A model generated the notes under the pieces. It was not told the DNA's origin. It saw only the letters and a program-made list of their open reading frames with translations, and ran no database searches. The position numbers and the translations under genes were made by a program. Below, piece by piece: positions 1 through 12,482 of a DNA stretch of 64,000 nucleotides; within the stretch, counting starts at the first letter, position 1; each line of letters starts with the position of its first letter. The DNA comes from Eledone cirrhosa (taxonomy: Eukaryota), in the NCBI GenBank assembly GCA_964016885.1, contig OZ024748.1, positions 40,858,001-40,922,000 on the forward strand. The letters run 5' to 3'.

Positions 1-3000
1 CAAGGCCCATGACACTTTCCCAAGATGTCGTGTTGTAGGATTGAACCTAACATTGTCGTGTTGTAGGATTGAACCTACCATTGACAAGGCACATGACACT
101 TTCCCAAGATGTCGTGTTGTAGGATTGAACCTAACATTGACAAGGCACGACATGACACTTTCCCAACAAGATGTCGTGTTGTAGGATTGACCCTACCATT
201 GACAAGGCACGACATGACACTTTCCCAAGATGTCATGTTGTAGGATTGAACCTAACATTGACAAGGCATGACATGACACTTTCCCAACAAGATGTCGTGT
301 TGTAGGATTGACCCTACCATTGACAAGGCACGACATGACACTTTCCCAAGATGTCATGTTGTAGGATTGAACCTAACATTGACAAGGCATGACATGACAC
401 TTTCCCAACAAGATGTCGTGTTGTAGCATTGAACCTACCATTGACAAGGCACGACATGACACTTTCCCAAGATGTTGTGTTGTAGGATTGACTCTAAGAT
501 TGACAAGGCACGACATGACACTTTCCCAAGATGTCGTGTTGTAGGATTGAGACTACCATTGACAAGGCACGACATGACACTTTCCCAAGATGTCGTGTTG
601 TAGAATTGACCGTACCATTGACAAGGCACGACATGACACTTTCCCAAGATGTCGTGTTGTAGCATTGAACCTACCATTGACAAGGCACGACATGACACTT
701 TCCCAAGATGTCGTGTTGTAGGATTGACCCTAACATTGACAAGGCACGACATGACACTTTCCCAAGATGTCGTGTTGTAGGATTGAACCTAACATTGACA
801 AGGCACGACATGACACTTTCCCAAGATGTCGTGTTGTAGGATTGAACCTACCATTGACAAGGCACGACATGACACTTTCCCAAGATGTCGTCTTGTAGCA
901 TTGAACCTACCATTGACAAGGCACGACATGACACTTTCCCAAGATGTCGTCTTGTAGCATTGAACCTACCATTGACAAGGCACGACATGACACTTTCCCA
1001 AGATGTTGTGTTGTAGGATTGAACCTAACATTGACAAGGCATGACATGACACTTTCCCAAGATGTCATGTTGTAGGATTGACCCTACCATTGATAAGGCA
1101 CGACATGACACTTTCCCAAGATGTCATGTTGTAGGATTGACCCTACCATTGACAAGGCACGACATGACACTTTCCCAAGATGTCGTGTTGTAGGATTGAA
1201 CCTAACATTGACAAGGCATGACATGACACTTTCCCAACATTGACAAGGCACGACATGACACTTTCCCAAGATGTGTTGTAGGATTGAACCTAACATTGAC
1301 AAGGCATGACATGACACTTTCCCAAGATGTCGTGTTGTAGGATTGAACCTAACATTGACAAGGCACGACATGACACTTTCCCAAGATGTCGTGTTGTAGG
1401 ATTGAACCTAACATTGACAAGGCATGACATGACACTTTCCCAACATTGACAAGGCACGACATGACACTTTCCCAAGATGTTGTGTTGTAGGATTGAACCT
1501 AACATTGACAAGGCATGACATGACACTTTCCCAAGATGTCGTGTTGTAGGATTGAACCTAACATTGACAAGGCACGACATGACATTTTCCCAAGATGTCG
1601 TGTTGTAGGATTGAACCTAACATTGACAAGGCACGACATGACACTTTCCCAAGATGTTGTGTTGTAGGATTGAACCTAACATTATCGTGTTGTAGGATTG
1701 AACCTAACATTGACAAGGCACATGACACTTTCCCAAGATGTCGTGTTGTAGGATTGAACCTAACATTGTCGTGTTGTAGGATTGAACCTGCCATTGACAA
1801 GGCACATGACACTTTCCCAAGATGTCGTGTTGTAGGATTGAACCTAACATTGACAAGGCACGACATGACACTTTCCCAACAAGATGTCGTGTTGTAGGAT
1901 TGACCCTACCATTGACAAGGCACGACATGACACTTTCCCAAGATGTGATGTTGTAGGATTGAACCTAACATTGACAAGGCATGACATGACACTTTCCCAA
2001 CAAGATGTCGTGTTGTAGGATTGACCCTACCATTGACAAGGCACGACATGACACTTTCCCAAGATGTCATGTTGTAGGATTGAACCTAACATTGACAAGG
2101 CATGACATGACACTTTCCCAACAAGATGTCGTGTTGTAGCATTGAACCTACCATTGACAAGGCACGACATGACACTTTCCCAAGATGTTGTGTTGTAGGA
2201 TTGACTCTAAGATTGACAAGGCACGACATGACACTTTCCCAAGATGTCGTGTTGTAGGATTGAACCTACCATTGACAAGGCACGACATGACACTTTCCCA
2301 AGATGTCGTGTTGTAGGATTGACCCTACCATTGACAAGGCATGACATGACACTTTCCCAAGATGTCGTGTTGTAGGATTGACTCTAAGATTGACAAGGCA
2401 CGACATGACACTTTCCCAAGATGTCGTGTTGTAGGATTGACCCTACCATTGACAAGGCACGACATGACACTTTCCCAAGATGTCGTGTTGTAGGATTAAA
2501 CCTACCATTGACAAGGCACGACATGACACTTTCCCAAGATGTCGTGTTGTAGGATTGAACCTACCATTGACAAGGCACGACATGACACTTTCCCAAGATG
2601 TCGTGTTGTAGCATTGAACCTACCATTGACAAGGCACGACATGACACTTTCCCAAGATGTTGTGTTGTAGAATTGACCGTACCATTGACAAGGCACGACA
2701 TGACACTTTCCCAAGATGTCGTGTTGTAGGATTGAACCTACCATTGACAAGGCACGACATGACACTTTCCCAAGATGTTGTGTTGTAGGATTGAACCTAC
2801 CATTGACAAGGCACGACATGACACTTTCCCAAGATGTCGTGTTGTAGGATTGAACCTACCATTGACAAGGCACGACATGACACTTTCCCAAGATGTCGTG
2901 TTGTAGAATTGACCCTACCATTGACAAGGCACGACATGACACTTTCCCAAGATGTCGTGTTGTAGGATTGAACCTACCATTGACAAGGCACGACATGACA

Positions 3001-3389
3001 CTTTCCCAAGATGTTGTGTTGTAGGATTGAACCTACCATTGACAAGGCACGACATGACACTTTCCCAAGATGTCGTGTTGTAGGATTGAACCTAACATTG
3101 ACAAGGCACGACATGACACTTTCCCAAGATGTCGTGTTGTAGGATTCAACCTAACATTGACAAGGCACGACATGACACTTTCCCAAGATGTCGTGTTGTA
3201 GGATTGAACCTAACATTGACAAGGCACGACATGACACTTTCCCAAGATGTCGTGTTGTAGGATTGAACCTAACATTGACAAGGCACGACATGACACTTTC
3301 CCAAGATGTCGTGTTGTAGGATTGAACCTAACATTGACAAGGCACGACATGACACTTTCCCAAGATGTCGTGTTGTAGGATTGAACCTA
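1..3389. repeat. 59-bp tandem satellite inside a RASA1-like intron, apparently amplified from a tRNA-derived SINE head
   Basis: Unit cattgacaaggcacgacatgacactttcccaagatgtcgtgttgtaggattgaacctaa with period 59 (register shifts 1 base per 60-base line at 3121-3361). Its reverse strand contains GTTCAATCC (pol III B-box pattern). A variant block at 1-540 recurs at offset 1713. Confidence 0.95.
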
Positions 3390-3527
3390 GGAGCTGAGGA
3401 TGACAAAACAAACCTGTTAACCTTTCGGCTATGCTGCGTTCACAGAACACAGAATGGTAATAAATACTATACAGAATTCTATTCAACATTCTAACAAGGC
3501 CAACTCACTGCTTTAGATTCTTACTAA

Positions 3528-3720
3528 TAATTGTTTCTACTTTTGACACAAGGCCAGCAATTATCCCAGTGTATTACTGTTACTTTATTTTATCAACCCC
3601 GTAAGGATGAAAGGCAAAGTTAACCTCGGCGGGATTAGAACTCAGAATGGCAAGGGCCGTAACTCTATGCATCAAAGCATGGCGTCCGACCCTCTACCGA
3701 TACTGCCAACTCACCACCCT
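3528..3720 (-). mobile_element. tRNA-derived SINE, same family as 62266-62450
   Basis: Reverse complement of the copy at 62266-62450; A-box-like tggcagtatcggtag, degenerate B-box, conserved tttcatcc...ggggtcgataaaataaagtaccag core. Confidence 0.85.
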
Positions 3721-3857
3721 TACTAATAATAATGGTAAATATGGAAGTAAAAGGAAATACAGTGGAACCTCGGTTCACAAACTTAATTTGTTCCTGAAGG
3801 TCATTCGTCACCCAAAATGTTCGTAAACCGATACTATTTTTCCCCATACAAAATGTT

Positions 3858-3888
<31 letters not shown>

Positions 3889-4107
3889 AGAGAATGTGTG
3901 CGAAAGACAGATAGATATCTTAGTAACTAAATACACAGCAAGTACCGCTTTCTAACCGATACTCCCAACTTGTGCGAACCATTGTTGCCAACTTGCGTGT
4001 TCATTGAGATGGATGCTGTGATTAGAGGTGGTCGTAAACTGACACCTATATGTAGAAATATCTGATTTAATTGAAAAAGGATCCAGGTAAAATATAATTA
4101 AACTTAC

Positions 4108-4186
4108 CTTTTTCATTACTGCTTTCTTTAATGTCTGACCTTCGACAATTTCTTCACGTGTATATCGTTGAATTATAGCATGTAGA
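4108..4186 (-). CDS. RASA1: p120 RasGAP exon 8 (end of second SH2)
   Basis: AG at 4187-4188, GTAAGT donor at 4107; encodes (S)LHAIIQRYTREEIVEGQTLKKAVMKK, matching vertebrate SIGDIIDHYRKEQIVEGYYLKEPV; phase fits exon 7. Confidence 0.9.
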
Positions 4187-4259
4187 CTACAGAATTAAAG
4201 AAGACATCTTAGTTTTAATGTATATGTGTGTGTGTGTGTGTGTGTGTTTGTATACAAAT

Positions 4260-4289
<30 letters not shown>

Positions 4290-4291
<2 letters not shown>

Positions 4292-4475
4292 TAGTGAAAT
4301 TCCATTATAATGAAATTCAAGGGTATAAAATAAAATTTGTTCTAACAAAAAATTCTTTATAACGAGATCGACCAAAACAAATCAAAAGTTTGTTATTACT
4401 TCGGGGATTGAAACATTTTTTGTTATACTGAAAAATTTGTTATAACTATATTTGTTATAACGGAATTTTACCTGT
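4290..4475. mobile_element. Tigger/pogo-like MITE, second copy at 62754-62908
   Basis: Imperfect terminal inverted repeats (tagtgaaattccattataa ... ttataacggaattttacctg) in TA context; near-identical body at 62754-62908. Confidence 0.7.
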
Positions 4476-4743
4476 ATATATATGTATATATATATATAGA
4501 CACATGTATGTGTGCATATAGATGTGTGTGTGTATATATATATATATATATGCAAAAGATTACCAGAAATAAAGCAAATGTTACAGTACAATGAAGAAAT
4601 ATATTAGTCATGAAAGGGTTAAACTGCATCTCAAAGGTAAGATAGGCCCTCTTTTCAGGACAATGAAACTACAAAACACTTGCTGACTTTAGACTTTATA
4701 TGAATGTATTATGAATTATATGCAAAACTTAAACAAATCTAAC

Positions 4744-4888
4744 CTGTCAAAGTATCTACCACCAATGAAAAGTTGTCGGCCTTGTTTCTCAATTCTGAAC
4801 CGAATCACAGTTTTATCATGAAGGAAAAATAGAGAATAATCTCCTGGGTAGTGTTCACTAGGTCGCACAAGGAAGCTGCCATTCCCCG
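4744..4888 (-). CDS. RASA1: p120 RasGAP exon 7 (second SH2 core)
   Basis: AG at 4889-4890, GT at 4743; (A)GNGSFLVRPSEHYPGDYSLFFLHDKTVIRFRIEKQGRQLFIGGRYFD, SH2 FLVR signature. Confidence 0.93.
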
Positions 4889-5340
4889 CTGAGGAAAAAA
4901 ACAAAACAAAACTTTTTAAATCAACAGAAAACAAACAAAACAAAATTATATGAATTCTTCATGTTACAGATTCATTTGTGTCACATGGTAGGTTTGGAGA
5001 GGAGGTGGGGGTCATTTCACATCTGGTGCAGGACTATTACAGTTACCAGGTTTGGTGGGAGCCTACATTTAATACCTGTGTCACATCTGGCCAGTGTCTA
5101 TTACATCTGGCCTGGACTTGGGACCATGTTGTGTTCTTGAGCAAAACACTTCATTTCACATAGTTCCATCTATTAAGATGAAAATGAGTAGCAGCAGGTG
5201 AGGCTTAAACACAGGGTGGACTCGTGCCCTGTCCACTCAGCCACTTAACACCAATGAAACCAAGATAAGCTCTGACATGTTGAGCCTTCAACTTTAAATC
5301 TTTTTAACACAAAATACAAAAATTACTCCTTCCTCCTTAC

Positions 5341-5416
5341 CTTGCCGTAGTTTTTCCACAGCATCTTCTTTGGAGAGGTTCTCATGAAAACACATTGAGC
5401 TCAAAACATCATCTGT
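5341..5416 (-). CDS. RASA1: p120 RasGAP exon 6 (SH3-SH2 linker and start of second SH2)
   Basis: AG at 5417-5418, GTAAGG donor; TDDVLSSMCFHENLSKEDAVEKLRQ aligns to WFHGKISKQEAYNLLM; phase 0 in and phase 1 out fit both neighbours. Confidence 0.82.
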
Positions 5417-5632
5417 CTGATAAAATTAAACATTATATAAAACACATTGAGCTCAAAACATCATCTGTCTGATAAAATTAAACATTATATAAAACACATT
5501 GGGCTCAAAACAGCATCTGTTTGATAAAATTAAACATTATATAAAACACATTGAGCTCACAACATCATGTCTGATAAAATTAAACATTATATAAAACACA
5601 TTGGGCTCAAAACATCATCTGTCTGATAAAAG
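5387..5632. repeat. ~52-bp tandem repeat (5 copies) spanning the exon 6 splice acceptor
   Basis: aaaacacattgagctcaaaacatcatctgtctgataaaattaaacattatat starts at 5387, 5439, 5491, 5543, 5593. Confidence 0.9.
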
Positions 5633-5972
5633 TAAATATATAAAAACACAAGCTAGGCAATCAAATTCTAGACATGTAAAATATTTCACTCCTACAGAGA
5701 TGTTAGTTAGAATGTGCGCCACCCATGTAAAGGACTATAACAAGAAATTTGTCATTCAAACTAATAACTACTCTAAGTCTTATTTTAAGAGTAAAAAGTT
5801 TTAAATTAAGAGAGTTTAGTTAAATTATTTTGTGTAATTTTGCACATACATGCTAAAAATTATATTTGACTAATTTCTTTTATAATTCATAACTTTTTGA
5901 AGGATGCAAAGATTAATGTAAAAACCCAAGAAACAGTAAAACCCCAACAAAATACACTGACACTGGCATTAA

Positions 5973-6171
5973 CCCTTTAGCACTTAAACCAGCCGTGTCT
6001 GGCCAGAATTCGTTCACCTTTTTCTGTTCAAACCGGCTGTAACCAGGCGCTCATACTGATGTTAAGGTATTGTTATCAAAATAAATAATATCAAAATCTC
6101 ATAGGTTTGATATTATGTTTGATATTATGAAAATACAATAGTAAATATAGAGTAATGTAAATGTTAAAGAG
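5973..6171. mobile_element. piggyBac-type MITE
   Basis: TTAA on both sides; ends ccctttagca / tgttaaagag; second copy at 10993-11200 and a 3' half near 62040-62163. Confidence 0.8.
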
Positions 6172-6234
6172 TTAAGAATCTTTGCATAGAAAGTTCAATG
6201 GAATTTTAATGAAATAAACCAAAGAATAACTTAC

Positions 6235-6349
6235 TAAGTCTTCTACTAATGGTTGGTAGACTATACCACTCTCTCCGGTCTTTTCTGAGGTCACCCAATA
6301 GGTTTCGTCAAGTACATCACGAACAATAAAAATTTCTCCCTTTTCAAAA
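6235..6349 (-). CDS. RASA1: p120 RasGAP exon 5 (SH3)
   Basis: AG at 6350-6351, GTAAGT donor; (S)FEKGEIFIVRDVLDETYWVTSEKTGESGIVYQPLVEDL matches SFLKGDMFIVHNELEDGWMWVTNLRTDEQGLIVEDLVEEV. Confidence 0.92.
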
Positions 6350-6641
6350 CTGAAGCAATGAAAACAAAGACAAATATATTCAACCATTTACTTTGACAGT
6401 ATTCAAAATAAATACTCTATATTATACAAGTATACCTAAAAGATAATTAACACTCAGTCTACTGGAACTAAACAAGCATCAACAAATTTAATAATTTCAT
6501 TACAATATTTCTAATTAAATATGCTATATGTTTTGATAAATTTTAAAAATAATAAAAAATCTTGAAGAGTTTAGTGAAATAAGCAAACAATTTATGTAGT
6601 CTGTTACTAGGAAGACTTAATTAATAATGGTTAAAACATAC

Positions 6642-6712
6642 CTTAGTTCATCAGTGTCAGGCATACCACTGAATGGAAGAATGGCAATAACTTTCCGACA
6701 ATCATCGACAGG
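6642..6712 (-). CDS. RASA1: p120 RasGAP exon 4 (SH3 start)
   Basis: cag acceptor at 6713-6715, GT at 6641; PVDDCRKVIAILPFSGMPDTDEL matches PVEDRRRVRAILPYTKVPDTDEI. Confidence 0.93.
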
Positions 6713-6809
6713 CTGGAGACAACAAAAGTGAGGTGCTTAATGTAAGTATGTATGTGTGTGTGTATGCATATATATACACACATACACATATATATATATA
6801 CATACACAT

Positions 6810-6864
<55 letters not shown>

Positions 6865-6894
6865 GTTATGTAATAAACAACATAAGATAATTAT

Positions 6895-6955
6895 TTCATT
6901 TACCAGTGGTTTCTTGAAGGCAGATGTTATGTCTGTCTTCAGTCGTCAGAATGAA
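6895..6955 (-). ncRNA. Type I hammerhead ribozyme motif (core intact, stem II with C-A mismatches) within a 125-bp element (6863-6987)
   Basis: Minus strand: ttcatt CTGACGA ctgaagacagac-ataac-atctgccttcaa GAAA ccactgg TA aatgaa. The element has tagttatgta/tacataacta inverted ends in a (TA)n tract. Confidence 0.75.
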
Positions 6956-6985
6956 TAAATAACACTTTTTATTAAACTACATAAC

Positions 6986-7099
<114 letters not shown>

Positions 7100-8349
7100 T
7101 ATATATATATATATACACACACATACATATATACACACATACATATATATACATACACATACATATATATATATACACACATACATATATATACACATAC
7201 ATATATATACACACATATATATACACACACACACATATATATATATACACACACACATATATATACACACACACACATATATATACACACACACACACAC
7301 ATACATATATATACACACACATACATATATATAAATATACACACATATATATAAATATACACACATATATATACACACATATATATATACACACACACAC
7401 ATATATATATACACACACACACACATGTATATATATACACACATCATCATCACCACCACCACCATCACCATCATCATCATCATTAATATATATATATACA
7501 TATATATATAAAATCTTTTCCTGAGTCCTGTATCTTCGTTGCTGTGGTAATGCGGCTGGACTGCCAATCACTATATTTGATTTGCTAAGCTGTCTAAATG
7601 TATTGTTATTACTCTGGGGTACTTTTCCCCCATTCGAGTGCTAAAGCTACATACCGAATTTGCATTCGTTAGCTTAGCCGCAAACTAAAGCTTCGTTAAT
7701 GCTGTACTAAAATTTGTATTTATATATATATATATATGTGTGAATGAAGTAATTCCGTCGGAAAGCTCCAGGAAAAAAGAGTGCTCTATGTAGGTTACAG
7801 AGCTTAATAGTTATGTAATAAACAACATAAGGCAATTATTTCATTTACCAGTGGTTTCTTGAAAGCAAACAAATTTTGCTTTCAATCATCATATATATAT
7901 ATATATATATACACATACATATACACACACACACATATATATATAAGAAAATACATAAATATTATATATATATAAAAAATTTAGGATTTTACAAAACTTG
8001 AAAGCCACTTCAACTTGCCTTGAACTCCAAGACCGAGATCTTCAGATGTTGTCCTCACCTGAAATCACATCTGATCTGTAACTGGATTAACATTCCTACG
8101 ATAACTCAACCACCTTGAACTTCTTCTCTGCTCTCTACGCCTTACATCCACTACGATTTGTTTCACCTTCTGAACTCACTTTCTGTACTCTTATATTCTT
8201 TTTCTCCCTTATCTCCCCTTATATTTAAACCTTTTCCTATGTCATTTTTTTCCATATTCCCCCCTACTTTCTACCTTACTCATTACATACCCACCTTTTT
8301 TATTTTTAGATATTTATTTCTGTGTGTGTGTGTGTTGCGTATATGTGTA

Positions 8350-8410
<61 letters not shown>

Positions 8411-8497
8411 ATGTATGTGTATATGTAATTATATATATCTGTGTGTATATATTTGTATTTTATATGCTTCTGTTGTATTTGTGTGTGTGTGTGTATG

Positions 8498-8532
<35 letters not shown>

Positions 8533-9016
8533 ATTTTTATTAAGGTGGTGACGTAACTTCTTGTAGATATGTGTGGGTGTGTGTATATGTGTATTTTTAT
8601 ATAATTGTTTATGTGTGTATATATATAATAGCCTCAGAAATGGCTTGAGCTCTGCCGTTGGGGTCATACTTTTTCCTATATGTATATATATATATATGTA
8701 TATGTATGTATATATGTGTATTTGTATGGTTGTGTGTGTGTGTATATATATATATGTATTTGTATATGTGTATGTGTATGCATAATTACATACAGTGATT
8801 TAATGTTTATTTTCATTGATCATTTGCTCCAGGAACTTGTTGAGTGCTCTAAATCAGCTATAAACATTTATACCCTTTTCTAATTATTTATTTATCTATT
8901 ATTTGTTGTATTCCCAACTATTTGTTTACCCCTTTCACCTTTTTATTTTTATATATATATAATATTTATGTATTTTCTTATATATATGTGTGTGTGTATA
9001 TGTATGTATATATATA

Positions 9017-9053
<37 letters not shown>

Positions 9054-9168
9054 TTAAGAGTTAAACAAGGTTCAATGAATACATCTAAGAATGAGTTTTA
9101 CACACATACATGTATGTGTATGTATTTATATGTATGTGTGTGTGTATATGTATGTGTGTGTGTATATG

Positions 9169-9230
<62 letters not shown>

Positions 9231-9701
9231 CGCGTATGTATATGTGTGTGTATATGTATATGTATGTGTATGTGTGTATGTATTTATTTTTATGTATGTG
9301 CAATTGTGTGTATTGCTTACCACGTGTGTTTGTTCATTTATTTGTTGCCTGTATCGTTGTCAACTTTATAATAATTTTTACATTTATTTTTATTCTTATG
9401 TGACGGTATTTTTATTATATTTTTTCTTATAATTGTGTGTGTGCGTATGTAGGTGTGTGTACTTATATCTATATTTGTGTATGCGTATGTATGCGTGTAT
9501 ATATGTGTGTATGTATGTATATATATGTGTGTGTATATGTATGTATATATATATATGTGTGTGTATATGTATGTATATATATATATATGTGTGTGTGTGC
9601 GTGTGTATATTTTTCCTTTCCTTCTTCCTTTTCCAGCCTCACTCTCATATAGATTATATTTTTGTTTTTAAAATCCAATGTCAATAAATACACCAGGATT
9701 T

Positions 9702-9762
9702 TTTCATTCTGATGATTGAAAGCAAAATTTGTTTGCTTTCAAGAAACCACTGGTAAATGAAA
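9702..9762 (+). ncRNA. Intact minimal type I hammerhead ribozyme motif
   Basis: tttcatt CTGATGA ttgaaagcaaa-atttg-tttgctttcaa GAAA ccactgg TA aatgaaa: 7-bp stem I, perfect 11-bp stem II, near-palindromic stem III, GUA site with predicted cut after 9755. Confidence 0.85.
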
Positions 9763-10822
9763 TAATTGCCTTATGTTGTTTATTACATAACTATATATAT
9801 ATATAACTTAAGAAAATTAACAAAGAGAGGACAAGACAACGAACAGAAACAAAACAAAACTAAAAACAATTTTTTAAGGGGAAACCTTAAAAAATTATTT
9901 AAAAAAAACAAATGTACAAGACAGAACTCCAGGATCATCAGCTGTTGAGATGGATGGTGGGCAGTTTTGACACCTACCAACAGTACTGCTGGTTTATCCA
10001 GGGTCACAGTGTCTGTCATAAGCCAAACGCTGTCCAATGGTGAAAGAGACGAAAGATAAAACATTCATTTAGAGCTGTTATACTACAAAAAACCCCATAA
10101 AATTCTTCTTTGTTTCTTTCATATCTCATGCTATGTGAGGCACCAGTCCATTCTGTAAAGTGGTTAGGGTTAGGAAAGGCATCAAACCATAGAAAACCAA
10201 GCCCAAAATGGAATGAACAAGCATGGCCCCCTGACCTAACATGACAACCAGTCTAACCCATTCTAGGATGGAAAATAGATGTTAAACGATGATGATGATA
10301 TATAGAAAGAGATATATGTACAATGTGTGTGTCACTTTCTGTTGACATTGATTAAAACCCTGTAAAAGTGTAAATGACTCTACACTTAACCCACAACAAC
10401 CTCTAATGATTTAGTACAAGATATCTTGAAATAGATTTATTAATTCAAATGATACTGGACCGACCCTCATTATTGTCATCACTGTTTAGCATCTATTTCC
10501 ACGATTGCATGGGTTAGACAGATCACCCTCATCATGAGACAAGTCTGGCCAGCTGGCCGCGCTCTATCTTCCTCAGGTGGAACTATATTTTGGCTGGGAT
10601 CTTTACAGCTAGAAACCCTTCCCAACATCAACCACATTTACAGTTGTGAAAAATTAGAAATATTAGAGTAAAGCTTTATGTTCATATAGTGAAGAGGTAC
10701 GAAAGTAAAGATTTCAATTTTAAATATGATTCTGTTGTAGAATGTTTTATAATTTACAAGGATGTCTTGCTAATGGAGTTTCATGTGGTACAGGATGTTA
10801 AGAGTTAAATAAAACAACTTAC

Positions 10823-10958
10823 CTCTGGAGGGGCAACAGGTTCCTGTAACTGCTCCCCTTTCAACAAATATGAACACCGAGTGTAATATCCTATAAGCAG
10901 AGATAGACTGTCAAACTGTCGGCCTCCAATATAATAATCACCACAAAGGTAGGAGATC
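10823..10958 (-). CDS. RASA1: p120 RasGAP exon 3 (end of first SH2)
   Basis: AG at 10959-10960, GTAAGT donor; (R)ISYLCGDYYIGGRQFDSLSLLIGYYTRCSYLLKGEQLQEPVAPPE, close to vertebrate RASA1. Confidence 0.95.
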
Positions 10959-10992
10959 CTGCAAGATACAAGAAATTAAATAACAACATTAA

Positions 10993-11200
10993 CCCTTTAG
11001 CATGTAAACCAACCATATCCGGACAGAATTCTCTCACCTCTTACTGTTCAAACCAGCCATAACCGGCTGCTCATACTTATGTTAAGGTATTGTTCTTAAA
11101 ATAAATAACATCAAAATCTCATAAATTCGATATTATGTAAAGTAAAGCCTTTACCGTGAAAATACAATAGTAAATATAGAGTAATGTAAATGTTGAGGGG
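10993..11200. mobile_element. piggyBac-type MITE, second copy
   Basis: TTAA flanks; body matches 5973-6171. Confidence 0.8.
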
Positions 11201-11755
11201 TTAAAAATGTGCTAGGGGCCACAATAAAATGCACATAATGCATTCTGTAGAGTGCAGGAAGATTTGCAAGAAAGATACAACTGTTGGTACTTCTGAATAA
11301 GTATTGAGTTGGTCTATGACGATGATGTGTCCAACTGCTCCTGGCAAGGAAATCAGATGTTTATAATACAATATAATAATGATGATTTACAAACAGAAAT
11401 AAATACAATTATATGTACAATTGTTAAACTCAGAGTAGCAACATTGGGTGATTTCAGTACTGATGATGATGATGAAATAGATAAAAGGAAACAATGTTTC
11501 CACTGGTCTTTCCATTGTTGATATTATCTGCCACTTGCAAACCTCTGGTAGAAGGCATAATATGGATAAAGTATTACAATCAAAACTACAAAGCCAGTCT
11601 AGGAATTGAACTCTTGCTTTATGACCATGAGCCCAACTCTCTACTAGGCTATGTACCTTTATAATAATTGTAATTACAGTAAATAAAGGAATGAAAAACA
11701 TCAGTTTACAAGAAAAAAATGATTGTTTCAGGAGAATATATTATGAAGAACTTAC

Positions 11756-11905
11756 CGGAAATGGTTCAATCCAGTTTTGCCAAAATATGATAACACAAAA
11801 GATCCTGGTTTACTTTGGCTCTCACGTACCAAATAAGATCCAACCAATCCAGCTTTGCGCAACCTTTCCTCTGCAGTTCGACGATCCAGAGAGCCATGGT
11901 ACCAT
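11756..11905 (-). CDS. RASA1: p120 RasGAP exon 2 (first SH2)
   Basis: AG at 11906-11907, GTAAGT donor; WYHGSLDRRTAEERLRKAGLVGSYLVRESQSKPGSFVLSYFGKTGLNHF matches WYHGKLDRTIAEERLRQAGKSGSYLIRESDRRPGSFVLSF. Confidence 0.95.
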
Positions 11906-11973
11906 CTAGATAGTGGTGGCAGGAGAAAATATTAGATTACCATCATGAAACATTTAAAAAAGTGTTCAATATA

Positions 11974-12482
11974 TTAACCCTTTCATTACCATATTTCTAA
12001 TAAAAGACACTGCCTATGTCATTAACCCTTTCATTACCATATTTCTAATGAAAGACACTATCTATGTCATTAACCCTTCCATTATCATATTTCTAATGAA
12101 AGACACTATCTATGTCATTAACCCTTTCATTACCATATTTCTAATGAAAGACACTGTCTATGTCTTTAACCCTTTCATTACCATATTTCTAATGAAAGAC
12201 ACTGTCCATGTCATTAACCCTTTCATTACCATATTTCTAATGAAAGACACTATCTATGTCATTAACCCTTCCATTACCATATTTCTAATAAAAGACACTA
12301 TCTATATCATTAACCCTTCCATTACCATATTTCTAATAAAAGACACTATCTATGTCATTAACCCTTTCATTACCATATTTCTAATGAAAGACACTATCTA
12401 TGTCATTAACCCTTTCATTTCCATATTTCTAATGAAAGACACTGCCTATGTCATTAACACTTTCATTACCATATTTCTAATT
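11974..12482. repeat. 48-bp minisatellite (~10 copies) amplified from the left end of a piggyBac-like MITE
   Basis: Unit ttaaccctttcattaccatatttctaatgaaagacactatctatgtca; a matching right end ...aaaagggttaa lies near 12656. Confidence 0.88.

Noticed and set aside
435-2819. ORFs in the 59-bp satellite; possible CRISPR-like array
   Set aside because: Direct tandem units with no unique spacers, a period not divisible by 3, and a eukaryotic intron context.
3925-4063. Open frame just downstream of exon 8 as a possible RASA1 exon 9
   Set aside because: No resemblance to RASA1 linker or PH sequence; the phase-compatible acceptors give very short introns; Tigger-like sequence (cagtggaacctcggtt, ~3760) lies nearby.
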